From the NCBI RefSeq assembly GCF_009914755.1, contig NC_060941.1: 64,000 nucleotides of DNA; one strand, given 5' to 3'. Below, piece by piece: positions 14,472-28,268 of this stretch; the stretch's first letter is position 1, and every line of letters starts with the position of its first letter. Both the position numbers and the translations under genes were made by a program. Below the pieces are notes generated by a model. That model was not told the DNA's origin and searched no databases. It worked only from the letters and a program-made list of their open reading frames with translations. This stretch comes from the human T2T-CHM13v2.0 reference genome, Homo sapiens.

Positions 14472-15625
14472 GAGTGACAATGGTAGGTTTCTTCTCTTTG
14501 GCTTTGTTTTCCCTTTGTGAAGTGGAGAGGGAGCTACTACCTTTGCTCTCTTCATAGTGTGTTGAGGTTCATCATAGCAGGGAATGAATTTTGAAACTAA
14601 GCAACTTCGTGTTTTAGGAAAAAAGAAAGTATCCTCTTTGGTGGTTAAGGTTTGTGATAAAGAGTTTTAACACACTCGCAACAATGAGAATTGTTCACAT
14701 GGCCCCTGAAAACCACACCTTCCTTTTCACCTTCTTGGTGGACAGTTTCCTGTTGACAGCATTTCCCCTGTGCGAACATTTCTATTTTCCGTATTTTGAG
14801 CTCTCTTCCCAATATTTCCTTTTGGTGTGAGTCTGGGTTGTTGGGAACAGCACAGAATTTGGAGTCTTAAGCTCTAAATTAGAGGCCCTGACCCATCATT
14901 GACCAAACTGATGACTTCGAGTAAGCCACCCAGCTTTTCTTGGCCTCATGATTTCTCCCTCACCAATTTGCTTAAATTAGTATGTGCCCCTAAAATATTC
15001 TATGTTTGTTATGAGATTCAAATAAAAAAATTTTGTGATAAAACAACAAGTAAATCATATAACTATATGTTATCTTCCAAGCTTTTAAAAATGATTGTAT
15101 TTTATTTTCAAATATGAAATTATTATGAGTATTCAAGCTTTTTCTCTCTATATTTACATTTTAATATAATATACAAATTTTGAATAAAAGATCATGGGCA
15201 ATGCATGCACATTATGAAACTTATGTCATTATGTATAAATGCTCATGTATACACTACTCGATTCAAGAACCAGAAGTTACCAATAACTTGCCTTCACCTG
15301 TATTGTCCTCTCCATTGTGTTCACCTTGATTCCTATCCAGAAGAAATCACTCTGTTGAATTTCATGTTTATCACTTCATTGCTTGTATAAAATAGTTTCA
15401 TCACTTTTTTTACATAAACAGTATATTGTTTTGCTACTTTGGAGTTTTATAAAGATATTGTACTGTACATAATATTCTGGGATTTGCTTTTTTCACTCCA
15501 TGTTATGTTTCTAACATAACATGTTGATGTTTGGCTCTAATTCATTCATTTGCTCTGCTGTAGAATATTCCACTGTGAAAATAAGTTTATTTGGGTTGTT
15601 TCCAGGTTTTGGCTATTGGAGAGTG

Positions 15626-15732
15626 CTTTTTTTGAGACGAAGTTTCACTCTGCTGCCGAGGCCGGAGTTCACTCATCACCACACCCAGCTAAGTTTTGCA
15701 TTTTCAGTAGAGATGGGGTTTCTCCATGTTGG
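15626..15732 (-). mobile_element. Internally deleted Alu fragment
   Basis: TTTTGAGACGAAGTTTCACTCTG ... AGTAGAGATGGGGTTTCTCCATGTTGG. Confidence 0.8.
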
Positions 15733-15911
15733 AGTTGTGACCATTATTGCCTAAACTATTTTTACTGCGCCTTTCTCTCCTCTTCTTCCAGGATTCTCAT
15801 TATGTGTGTGTCTTGGTATCCTTGATGGTGTCTCACAGGCTTCTGAGCCTATGTTCATTTTCGTTTATTCTTCTTTTTGCTCCTTAGACTGGATGATTTC
15901 AATTGACCTAT

Positions 15912-16886
15912 AATATCTCTAGACCTCTGATTCTGAAATGCCATCATAGAGGAAAATTGGATTCACTCCCCGACTTCCACAGAACCAAAAACAAATATAT
16001 AGCACTGAGATCTACACCAGAAACAACCCAGAGCTCAAGTATAAGAGTGAGACAGTTCTTGGGGCCACAGAGGGATGAAAAAAGTCCAAGCAGCTGATAG
16101 GAGAATCAGACTTCCACATCTGGGACACCCCTCATCCCCATTCTGTCCAGCACCAAGTGCCAAAAAATCTCCTCCCAACTACAGTTTCTACACTGGAAAA
16201 ACTGAAATTGAGGTGGCCCACCAGCTTCCTTACCTTCTTGGGGTCCCTGGCAGGAGAACTGTTCTTGCCTTAATCCACAGATAGCATCATGACTGCCTGA
16301 AAGAAGAAATGTCCCCGAAGAAAGGCAGAGAAATTCTGCTCTGTAACTCAGCCAAAGGAGACACCAACTCAGAGTTGCTGTCCAGCAGCACCATGCTGTA
16401 GGAGGCATGTTCCCCAGGTCCCCTGGGCACAAACCCCTAGCCAGACTTCCCACACTGCCAGGATAATCTCTTTGGGATCTCCTTGATTTGAGACAGGAAG
16501 TGCTTCAACCATTTACTAGTCCTGAGGTGAACCTGGGCTTAAGGCACCACCTAGAGTCGAATAGAGGCAGTGACCTAGCAGTGAAGATTCAATAAGCAAA
16601 TGTATTCAATAAAAACCAAAACAAGCTGTACAGAGAAAACTGGAAAATGGATACATACCCACAAGAAACAACAGCAAACAGGGAACTATGACTTCCTCAA
16701 AAGGAAAAAGCAAAAATCCAGTCACTGATCCTAACAAGATGGTGATTAGTGAGCTCTCTGACCAAGAATTCAAAATAGGAGTTTCAAGGAAACTCACTGA
16801 TCTCCAAGAAAACACAGAAAAGCAATTTAGAAATTTAACAAAGAGACTGAAATGATTCCAAAATGTCAAACAGAAATCTTGGAACT
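15912..16886 (+). mobile_element. Old L1 5' region / ORF1 start inserted in an oppositely oriented L1
   Basis: Degenerate ORF1-like GAGCTCTCTGACCAAGAATTCAAAATAG; antisense L1-like host sequence continues on either side. Confidence 0.55.
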
Positions 16887-16912
16887 CAACTAACCTATCT
16901 TCAGATTCATTG

Positions 16913-17206
16913 ATTTTATTTTTATTTTTTAAGACAGTCTCACTCTGTTGCCCAGACTGGAGTGCAATGGTGTGATCTTGGCTCACTGCAACCTCCGCCT
17001 TCCAGTTTCAAGCAATTCTCCTGCCTCAGCCTCCTGAGTAGCTGGGGCTACAGGCGCGTGTCACCACACCCAGCTAATTTTTGTATATTTAGTAGAGACA
17101 GGGTTTTACCATGTTGGCCAGGCTGGTCTTGAACTCCTGACCTCGTGATCAACCCGCCTCGGCCTCCCAAGGTGCTGGAATTACAGGTGTAAGCCACCAG
17201 GCCCAG
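16913..17206 (-). mobile_element. Alu (AluS-like)
   Basis: Reverse Alu body. Confidence 0.93.
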
Positions 17207-17753
17207 CTGATTCTTTCTTCTACCTACTCGAAAGCTCCTATTGAAACCGTCCTGTGAACTTTTCATTTCAGTTACTTTTATTGTACTTTTCAGCTCCAGA
17301 CTATTTCTTATTTTAAATCAATTTCTCTCTCTTTTTTGATATTTTCTATGTAAAACATTCTTCTTCCTTTAATTCTTTACCCATAGTTTACTCTATGTTC
17401 AAGAAAGTTGCTTTAAAGTCTTTGTCTAGTTAAGTCAAATGTCTGTTTTTTCTCAGGAAGTTTCTGCTAATTTCTTTTCTTCCCTTGAAAGGGCCATACT
17501 CTCTTGTTTGTTTGCATGTCTCATAATATTTTGTGAAAACCGCACATTTTAAATATTATAATGTTGTAGGAGTGGAAATAATTTTCTTCCTGCTCCCTAT
17601 TATTTGTTGTTTTTTCTTGCTGTGAGTTGCAGTTGTTTGTTTAGTGACTTTTAAAACTTTTTTTTTTGTCAAATATGGCCTCTGAAATCTGTTTCCTTAG
17701 TTCATAGTCATCTAATGGCTTTACAGTAACTTTGTTAAATGCCTGTAGACAAA

Positions 17754-18186
17754 TGATATGGCTTGGACCTGTGTCCCATGAAATCTCATGTGGAATTATA
17801 ATCCCCAGTGTTGGAGGTGATGCCTGGTGGGAGGTGATTAGATCATGGGGATGAATTTCTCACGAATAGTTTAGCACCATCCTTCCCTTGGTACTGACCT
17901 TGCAATAGTGTGTGAGTTCTCATGAGATCTGGTCATTTAAAAGTGTGTGGTGCCTCCCTCTTACTCTCTCTTCCTCCTGCTCCAGCCATGTGAAGTGCCT
18001 GCTCCCACTTCACCTCCCACCATTATTGTAAGTTTCCTGAGGCCTCCCCAGAAGCCAAACAGATGCCAGCATTATGCTTCCTGTACAGCCTGCACAATCA
18101 TGAGCCAATTAAACCTCTTTTCTTTATAAATTACGAGTCTTAGTCTCAGATATTTCTTTATAGCAATATGAGAATGAACTAATACA
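17754..18186 (+). mobile_element. MaLR solo LTR (MSTA/MSTB-like)
   Basis: TGATATGG...CTAATACA with perfect 5-bp TSD ACAAA. Confidence 0.88.
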
Positions 18187-19775
18187 ACAAAGAAATGAAA
18201 AAGAAAGAAAATATACTCTCCCAGTCTTTCCAGATTGGCTCTGTGTTTGGATACTCCCTCAACACTTAACAAGGATGTTTACAGCTCTGCCTTAGCCTTC
18301 ACTTTCTGCTTGCATTGGGCCTAAAGATTAGCCAGAACTTATATCTTAGGACTGTCCCAAGTCTGTGTTTTCATCCTGCCCTTATATGCAGAATGTGGCA
18401 TTCTAGATTTCATAGTATATACAGGAACTTTCCAAAGTTCTTATTCACCAAAGTATCTCTGTTCCTAACTTTTCCTCTCAAGCTTTTGGTGTGTGTTTGA
18501 TTGCCCCAGGTGGCAGAGGCGTGCTCATTTGATTTTCAGTGTTTTTGAGGAATACTTTTTACGTAGCCACTTTTCTGCCCATAGTGAATTCTGAGTTAGG
18601 TAAAACAAAGGCAAGCTCCTCACATCAGTCCTTCAGGAACCCCCAGACATTTCAAAACAGACAATACAATCCTAGGGAACAAGGTTCATTCTGCTCCTTC
18701 CGGAACCAGGGACTCACACCAGGAACATACATTGCCATCTTCAAGACCACCAAGCTGGGAGGAGTGTGGAACAACAATAAGTTAAAAGTTTTCCTACTGT
18801 GTTTCAGTCACCTTTTGAAACAAAGTTCATTTAGTTGCTATTTGACTATTTTCTTTGACAATTTTCCAGAATTCCAACAAGGTTGATTCTGATCACTTCT
18901 GCTTTTATTTTTTTTTTTTCCTTTCTATGGAGAGATGAGCCCTCGGATTCCCAGACTGCTATTTTTATGACATCATCATATTTAAGATAATAATTTATGT
19001 AATTCACTTCTCTATGCAACCAGTCTTTCCTAGTCACTCCATATCTGTTTCCATTCCTTCACCAGATACTTTCCTCACTCCGCTTGGGCTCTGATATCCT
19101 GCTTCAGGCCAGCGCCCTTCCCAGCCACTTTTCTTACCCCACACATGCTCCAACATCCCACATCAGGACACTTTCCATGCTCCTCCTCATTTTGCTTGAG
19201 CTCCAACACCTGATGTCCAACTGCACCTCTGTGTGGATGCATTTCTTAGCCCTCCCATGCTCTGACTCCCCATAGTGAGTCAGCCCTTGCTGGGATACCC
19301 TCTTCACCTTGCTTTAACACCCACAATGGGCAGCTCACAGGAGTAGACACCCAGGCTCTGACAACCCATGCTGGGCCACATCCTATGGACACCTTATTCA
19401 CACTATTTTTGTTCTACATTAAGAGGAGATTTCTCCAACTCTGATTTCCAACATTTTTATTAAAGTTTTTATTTTTTAAATCAAATTTTAGTTTTCAAGA
19501 ACTCTTGCATGTTCTCCTTTTTATGCCATTCTATTCTTATTTTGTGGATATTATATTTTCTTTCTTCTCTCAAATGATACTAATTTCATAAGCTGAAGTT
19601 TTTTTAAGTTCTCTTTTGCTTTCTGTGTCACTTCTGTTTTCTTCTTATTTATTTATTATTTTGTACTGGAGACCTTTCTTAAACTCTCAGTGATCTTTGG
19701 TTAGCTACATTTAAGAGTAAGGCAATAAAATGCTGATTTGAACCTCTATATATGGGAAGAGTTTTCAAACTTTAC

Positions 19776-19945
19776 TTTTTTTTTTTTTTTTGAAACAGGA
19801 TCTTACTCTGTCACTCAGGCTGCAGTACAGTGGTGCAATCATGACTTACTGCAGCCTTGACCTCCTGGACTCAAGTAATCCTCCCACCTTAGCCTCTCGA
19901 ATAGCTGGGGCTACAGGTGCATACCACCATGCCCAGCTAATTATT
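19776..19945 (-). mobile_element. Partial old Alu (AluJ/FRAM-like)
   Basis: One arm plus poly(T). Confidence 0.85.
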
Positions 19946-21539
19946 TTAACTTTGTTAAGAAGTTTCTAAGACTCTCAAAAACACTTACCATTAGAGAGGT
20001 CTGCCAAGGACATTGAAAATCACAGAGATCTATGAAATGTAGGATAAGCAGGTCAAGATCAGAAAGGACAAAAGTATCCTCACAAGAAACAAATTTTGGA
20101 AGGACCTGTTGCAGTGCACACTGGTTCACGTGTGTGAGCGTACATCAGAATCAACCGAGAGGGCTTGCTAAAACTTGGAAACCCAATGCAGAGCTTCTGA
20201 TTTAATAGGTCTTGGGTAGAGCCCGAGAATATGCATTTCCAGCACGTTGTTGGGTGATGCTGATATTGCTTATCTGGGGGCCACAGTTTGAGACTGCTGA
20301 TTTCAAGTTTCGTTGTGCTGTGTTCTTCAGCACAACGGACAGCTCTCTCACACAGCACCAGAGACAACTTGTTTGATTTCTTTAAAAAAAAAATTTTTCA
20401 ACTTGGGCAATGTAATAGGTGGGGAAATGTTTGTATATTATATTGGAAACTTAAATCCTCTAAACTTTTTTTTTATTCTACCAACCAGACCCCAAGGGCG
20501 ATTTCTAATCCATAACCATTTTTACAGCACCATCTGTAAAATTCTGTGCAGCCAATAGGGGTTTCTTTTTCTGTGAATTTAAAGACAACAATTATTAAGA
20601 ATGGATTTTTATGATCACCATGCTTGAGCAATGTTAGAGATAAAATACTCCTCCTTGCCTTGTGGATTTGCTCCCACCGCCCTGCCGTTCACGAGCTGTG
20701 TGTGTGTGCTGCAGAGGGGATCTGAGTAAGCAAGGAAAGAATCAGAATTGGATGGGTGAAGCCCAGAGGCCTCCTGAGAGAGGGAAGCATGAGGAGTGGG
20801 GAGAGGGGCTCCATGCCCTCTGACTGAACAGGTGTCAATCAAGCAGCGAGACTGCGAGTGACCACTGAGGTGAAGGCTGAGGGGGAGGAGGAGTTTGAGC
20901 TGGAGCCCAGACTCTGATGACAGGGAGTATACAGGGGGAGCCCCTGGACAGCCCTCCAGGAACTCGGAAGTGGGGCCCATGGGCTGTTAGGCCTGGCCCC
21001 ACAGCTGACAGAAAAGCCATGAAGACCTGGAGCCTGGCTGCTTTGCAGTGAGAGCTCAGAGGGAAGGAGATATCGCTTTCTCTTTTCCTCCTCCCCACAC
21101 CAACACCAGGCAAGAGGTGCTGGAAAGAAGGAGGAAGAAGTGTTAGAGAGCAGAGTCCTGCACCACCAACCACGCTCCACCCTCGGAGGCCTGGGCCACA
21201 GCCTCCCAAGTTGAGGGACAAGGTGGACTTGGAGTCGAATGTAAGAAGGGCATTTTCACTAAATAGGACAGTCTTAAAAACTGGAATGAAACTGGTGACT
21301 ATTGAAATAAAAGTGATGAAAAGTGTATAGGACTGGACTGAGCTGCTGTGAAGGGAGAGAGTCACCCAGCAGGAAAGAGGGGTGACAAGGCACCGTTGGG
21401 AGCAGTCTTGAGAAAACAAGAATTTTTTGTTTGTTCCTCAGTGAGTAGCAACACCTTGTTACATGGATTACAACGTGTTTCTTAAACCTGAGTAATATGG
21501 GGAAAGATAAAGAAATAAAAAACATATTGAGGACTTCTA

Positions 21540-22128
<589 letters not shown>

Positions 22129-22145
22129 TTAAAGAGGCAGGACTA

Positions 22146-22440
22146 GGCCGGGTGCAGTGGCTCATGCCTGTAATCCCAACACTTTGGGAGGCCAAGGTGG
22201 GTGGACCACTTGAGGCCAGGAATTCAAGACCACCCTGGGCAACATGGTGAAACCCCGTCTCTATTACAAATACAAAAATTAGCCGGGCGTGGTGACAGGC
22301 ACCTGTAATCCCAGCTACTTGGGAGGCTGAGGCCAGAGAATCGCTTGAACCTGGGGGTGGAGGCTGCAGTGAGCCGAGATCGTGCCACTGCACTCCAGCC
22401 TGGGTGACAGAGCAAGACTCTATCTCAAAATAAATAAATA
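22146..22440 (+). mobile_element. Alu (AluS-like)
   Basis: Full Alu; flanks AGGCAGGA(C/T)TA. Confidence 0.93.
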
Positions 22441-22519
22441 GGCAGGATTATTTGAGGCCAGCTGTATTGTAAACCCAATTACAAACCTGGACACTGAAAT
22501 TGTGTGACTGTACTTGTTT

Positions 22520-22522
<3 letters not shown>

Positions 22523-22557
<35 letters not shown>
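22523..22557. repeat. (CA)n microsatellite
   Basis: Direct read. Confidence 0.95.
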
Positions 22558-22560
<3 letters not shown>

Positions 22561-23089
22561 TTGTTTATTTGGATTTTTCTATGCTTAGTTGAACACGTTA
22601 AAGGGACTGTGAGGTCAAGCACTATCTACAGACCAATGTTATTCTTATTAAGGGCCTCTCCTTCCAGATCATAGTCCTTCATCCTAGGCTCCTCTGAAGT
22701 GGTATGATTGGTTGTGTTAATGGTACTTTGGCCTCCAGATTGTCTCTGAAAGGGTGTGGGTGATTTTATGCAACAAGTTAAACACTGTTTCATAACTCCC
22801 AGCATTCTTTTATCCCATCCTCAGTCCCAAGATCTGAATTTATTCCAGTATTACCCCCACCCCCCAGGATATTTTTTCCCTTCTCAAGGCCAACCCTATG
22901 TGACTTCATCTGGAGAAGAACTAGAGAGCTCTGAGGCTGCAGGAGGGATGGGTCATCCTGGAAGGTGGCCACCAAAGTTCCCTCTCCTGTTCTGAATGCA
23001 GGCTTCAGGATGCCCACCTCAGGGACAGGTCTGTCCTGCTGAGGCCCTGCCAACACCCAGCCAGGTTGTCCTCCCCTGCTCTGCCAGAG

Positions 23090-23626
23090 TGATGGTTAAT
23101 ATTGAGTGTCGACTTGATTGGATTGAAGGATACAAAGTACTGTTCCTGGGTGTGTCTGTGAGGGTGTTGCCAAAGGAGATTAACATTTGAGTCAGTGGAC
23201 TGGGAAATGCAGACCCACACTCAATCTGAGTGGGCACCATCTAATCAGCTGCCAGCACTGCTAGGATAAAAGCAGGTGGAAGAACTACACTGGCTAATCT
23301 TCTGGCCTCCATCTTTCTCCTGTGCTGGATGCTTCCTGACCTCCAACACCAGACTCCAAGTTCTTCAACTTTTGGACTCTTGGGCCTACACCATTGGTTT
23401 GCCAGGGGTTCTTGGGCCTTCAGCCACAGACTGAAAGCTGCACTGGTGGCTTCCCTACTTTTGAGGTTTTGGGACTCAGACTGGCTTACTTGCTCCTTAG
23501 CTTGCAGATGGCCTGTTGTGGGACTTCACCTTGTGATCATGTGAGTCAATACTCCTTAATAAACTCCCCTTCATATATACATCTATCCTATTAGTCCTGT
23601 CCCTCTAGAGAACCCTGACTGATACA
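23090..23626 (+). mobile_element. MLT2A-type (HERV-L) solo LTR
   Basis: TGATGGTTAATATTGAGTGTC...GAACCCTGACTGATACA; perfect TSD CAGAG. Confidence 0.88.
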
Positions 23627-26479
23627 CAGAGTGAAGCAGTTCCTGTATCTTGTTTCTCTAAGAGGGGCTGGTGACCCTTTAGAATTCAGCTCATTTGGCT
23701 GCCTTGTGACCTCATCTCTCTAATAGGTTTATAAAATGTTTATGTTGTGTAGATTACCCTGTGTTTACTTATTCTTCTGTTAGGAGCTGTGCATGTTCCT
23801 TGTGACTTTCTTCCTCCGAAGCAGAAGGAGAATTCTTTTTTTGAGTTTGATTCTGTCACCAAACATGGTGGCAGGGCTATGGATGGCACACTTAGTGCCT
23901 TTATGGGAATTAGAAAAAGGCACCCCTTTCACCAGGCTGATTTAACCCAACACCTGGACACAGCGTGGAGAGCATAGTGTAGGCTGGCTTTCAGCCCCCA
24001 CACCTGCTCTCAGTCAAGTTCGTTGGGGTGGGGCTTAATTTGCAGAAACAATATGTTCAAACCAGCACAGAAAAAGATCAACATGGCTGGAATGTAGAAA
24101 GGTAGTTTTTTATTTCATACCTTTCAGACATCTGTAAGCTTGACAAACGTTCCCCTGCCTTCTCTGTCTGCCTTCGTATAAGCTTAGTCCAAAGTCCTGG
24201 TTTCCCCTGAAGGAAAAGATTTTTCATTCATTCATTCATTCATCCTTTCATTCAACAAAGCTTATGGAGGTCCTACTGTGTGCAGATCCCTTCATTGTGT
24301 CCCCGTGGGAAAGAAGAAGGCATAGTAGAAACAACACAAGTTTCTAGAACAAGGCAGCCAAGGTTGAAACTCCAGTTCTGCTTCTTACTAGCCCTCGGTT
24401 AGTTAAATCTTTCCTCAAGTCTCATTTGTGAAATGAGAATGATGACCCTTTGTCATGGAGTCTTCATAAAGCCAATGGGGCTGATGTAAATAACATGTTT
24501 TATACAGTTTCTGGCATACAGCAGTGGCCTACTATGTGTAGCTGTACCTGTGTACATACTTGCAGGCCCGGGGTGCTAAAGAGAAGTGCCCTTCTGGTTT
24601 GGATTGGCAAGTCACCAGCCAGAGAAGGGAGAGCCCCCTTCCCTCCCTGCACCCTGTGGCAGGCGTGGAGGGGTGCCACTCCAATGTCCCCACAAGGAAG
24701 GCAGTTAGCTGACAGGATCAGCTGATAGGGTGACACGAGGGACCACCCAGCTTTTGAGCTAAGGCCACACACTTCCCAGGCAGCCCCAGTTGATGACTGA
24801 GTGTGGCAGTGGGTGAAGGGCTCCCCATTTCTGGCTGTCTTTTTGCCAGGGCTCCTCACCAGTCTGGCTGGAGCTTTCTCAGAGCCCCAGCATGGTCTGT
24901 GACTCCTCCTGCCCCCTCCTCACTCCTTTTCCCTCCTGTTCACCGGAGCTGGGCTTGTGCTGCAGTCTGAAGGCATCCCCTGCCTATGCCTGCCCTCTCT
25001 GCTCTTTCTCTCATGGACATTGCCCTCTTCTAACTCTGTCTTAGCGTCTAGATGGACACAACTCTGCTTTCTCCCACAGCCACATTTCCTATGTCAGGAT
25101 CTTGCTTCCCATTTGTATAGTGAGTTCCATGGCCAGCATCTCCTGGGACGGCCTCAGTTGTAACAGCTCCTGCTGCCTTGATGCCACACACCACCGTGTT
25201 AATTCTACCCACAATATTTGCATGATTTCTAGGTGCCAAGCACAGCTCTAAATACCGAGGATACAGCATTGAACTGAGCAGACAAGGGCTCAGCCTTCGT
25301 AAAGTATATGGTCTATGGGGGAGACTGACAAAGTAACAAATGGATAAATAATTTCATCTAACAAGAACTGTGGAGCAGATGCATGGAGTCATGTGACTGG
25401 TAGGGTGGGCAGCATCATGAAAGGTGGTCAGGGAAGGAATCTCTGAGGAGGGGGTGTTTGAGCAAAGACCTGGGCAATGAGAAGAAGCCTGTCAGGAAAA
25501 GATCTGAATGAAGAACAAGCATTCCGGACAGAGGAAACAGCAAGTGCAATGGTCCTGAGGTGGGAATGAGCTTGGTGTTAAAGGAAAAAGAAAGGAGGCT
25601 GCTGTAACTGGTGTGTAATGAACAAAGAGGATCTTGGGAGGAGGTGAGGTCTAATATTGCATTATTTATCTGCCACTGCAGAAAAAAATCAACCCAAAAC
25701 CTAGGAGCTCAAAATAAAGTAATCATTTGCTATCGTTCATAGATGCCATGGACCAGGAATTCCAATGGCACAGCAGACAGCTTATTTCTGGTTCAGGATG
25801 TCTTTCCTGGGCCTCAGCCAGAAGATTCAAAGGCCAGGGATAAAATCATTTGCAGTTTCACGTGGTCATTCAATCTGGCTGTTGATGTTGATGTCGGCTG
25901 GGTGCCTAGATGTGCCTGTCAACTGGTCTCTCCTTGTGGCTTGGGATTCCTCACTGCATGGTAGCTGTGTTCCAAGCACAAGTATCCTGAGGTAGGAGCC
26001 AGGTGGCAACTGTATCCTTTCCACCGCCCAGCCACAGAAGTCACATAGCCTCACTTGTACTACATTCTATTAGAAAGAAGTGTGTTGCCAACTCCAGCCC
26101 ACATTCAAGGGAGGGGAGTCACACCTCACACTTTAAGTGAGACATGTCAAAGAATTTGTGGAAATATTTTTAAATTACCATCAATGAAGACAGGAGCCAG
26201 GTCATTTTTAAAATCTTGAATTTTGTTCTATGTGCAATGGAAAGTCATTGAAGGGTTTGGGGTGGCAAGTGTTGGCATAATCTAATTTATGCCCTACAAA
26301 GGTCATGTTGGCTGCTAGGCAGAGAATGGGTTATAGAGGTCAAGCCTAATGAAGCAGGGTAAGAATCTGACTTGGAGAAGGAGACCTGATTCAAGTTCAA
26401 ATTTCTGCACTAGCTAGCTATGTTACACTGGGAAAGTCTTCTAACACGGGAGGGTGTAGGGGTACTCTCTTGCATTTAT

Positions 26480-26483
26480 TATT

Positions 26484-26515
<32 letters not shown>

Positions 26516-26805
26516 ATTTATTTTTGAGATGGAGTCTCAGTCTGTCGCCCAGGCTGGAGTGCAGTGGCACGATCTCGGCTCACTGCAAGCTCCGCCTCCC
26601 TGGTTCACGCCATTCTCCTGCCTCAGCCCCCAGGTAGCTGGGACTACAGGCGCCCGCCACCACGCCTGGCTAATTTTTTGTATTTTTTAGTAGAGACAGG
26701 GTTTCACCGTGTTAGCCAGGATGGTCTCGATCTCCTGACCTCGTGATTCACCCGCCTCGGCCTCCCAAAGTGCTAGGATTACAGGCGTGAGCCACCGCAC
26801 CCGGG
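26480..26805 (-). mobile_element. AluY
   Basis: CAAGCTCCGCC..CACGCCATTCTCC..GATGGTCTCGATC; TSD TTGCATTTAT. Confidence 0.95.
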
Positions 26806-27795
26806 TTGCATTTATATGAGGATTTACCTAAGACCTGCAGGAAAGTGTTTGTTTCATGTCCTCCTCCATCAGGTGCCTGTTTTTGCTCACCACCATGTAC
26901 CTAGTACCCAGCATGGGCTGTGGCATAGGGAGGCTTTCCATAAATATTTGTTGAAAGAGTAAACAAACATATAATATTGTAAACCCTGTGTTAGTCCTTC
27001 AGGTCAAACTTCTCTGATCTTCCAGGTCTGGAGTGTACCCACCAACCCAACAAGCTTTGAGGAATTGGGTAGCATCCGGGAGGAACATTGGGGAGGCTCT
27101 GGGCTCCATCTCTTCTGAAATAATTCCATGCCCCATCTTAAATTCAAGTCCATGAGGTCTGATTTCATTCAGAACCATCACCACTGCCCAGATAGACACA
27201 AAGAAAAGTAAGGCCGGCTCTTGCCCAGAGCCCAGCATGGGTGGCAGACCCAGGAGAGTCTGCTCTGGGGACTATAGGCAATATCAAGTGGCACATTCAT
27301 GGCTGGCTAACGTACTCTCCAGGGACAGTGAGAAGGGGCGAGAAGAGCCTCTCCTTTTCCCATGACACCTACCAGAAGATGACACCATAGGAGGGGGAGT
27401 GGAGAGAGAGAGCAGCCCTCCCATAGCACGAAGAGCCCCAGCTAGTGGAATTCCTGCCCTTGACATTGGGCACTGACTGCAGCCATCTCCAGGGCTGCCG
27501 AGGGGTTGGGACTGCCAAGATCACCACCCGCATGCTCACCACCACTGTCAGAGAGACACTGAGGAAGCTGTGGCTGGGGACTTGGGGGTGGGGCACTGCA
27601 TAATTTTTTAAATTGCTGATTTGCATTTTTGAGCCTTCTGAGTGCCCAGGCAAGAGACTGTTTCATTCAACAGGGTGTCTAGATTCCTATAACCTTCAGG
27701 CCTTCATTCTTTCTAGGTGTATTGAGATGCTAAGAGGCAAAAATGCAGCAGCATGGGCCTGTTCTCGTGGAGAGACTGTGTTGGGTTTGTATTTA

Positions 27796-28268
<473 letters not shown>

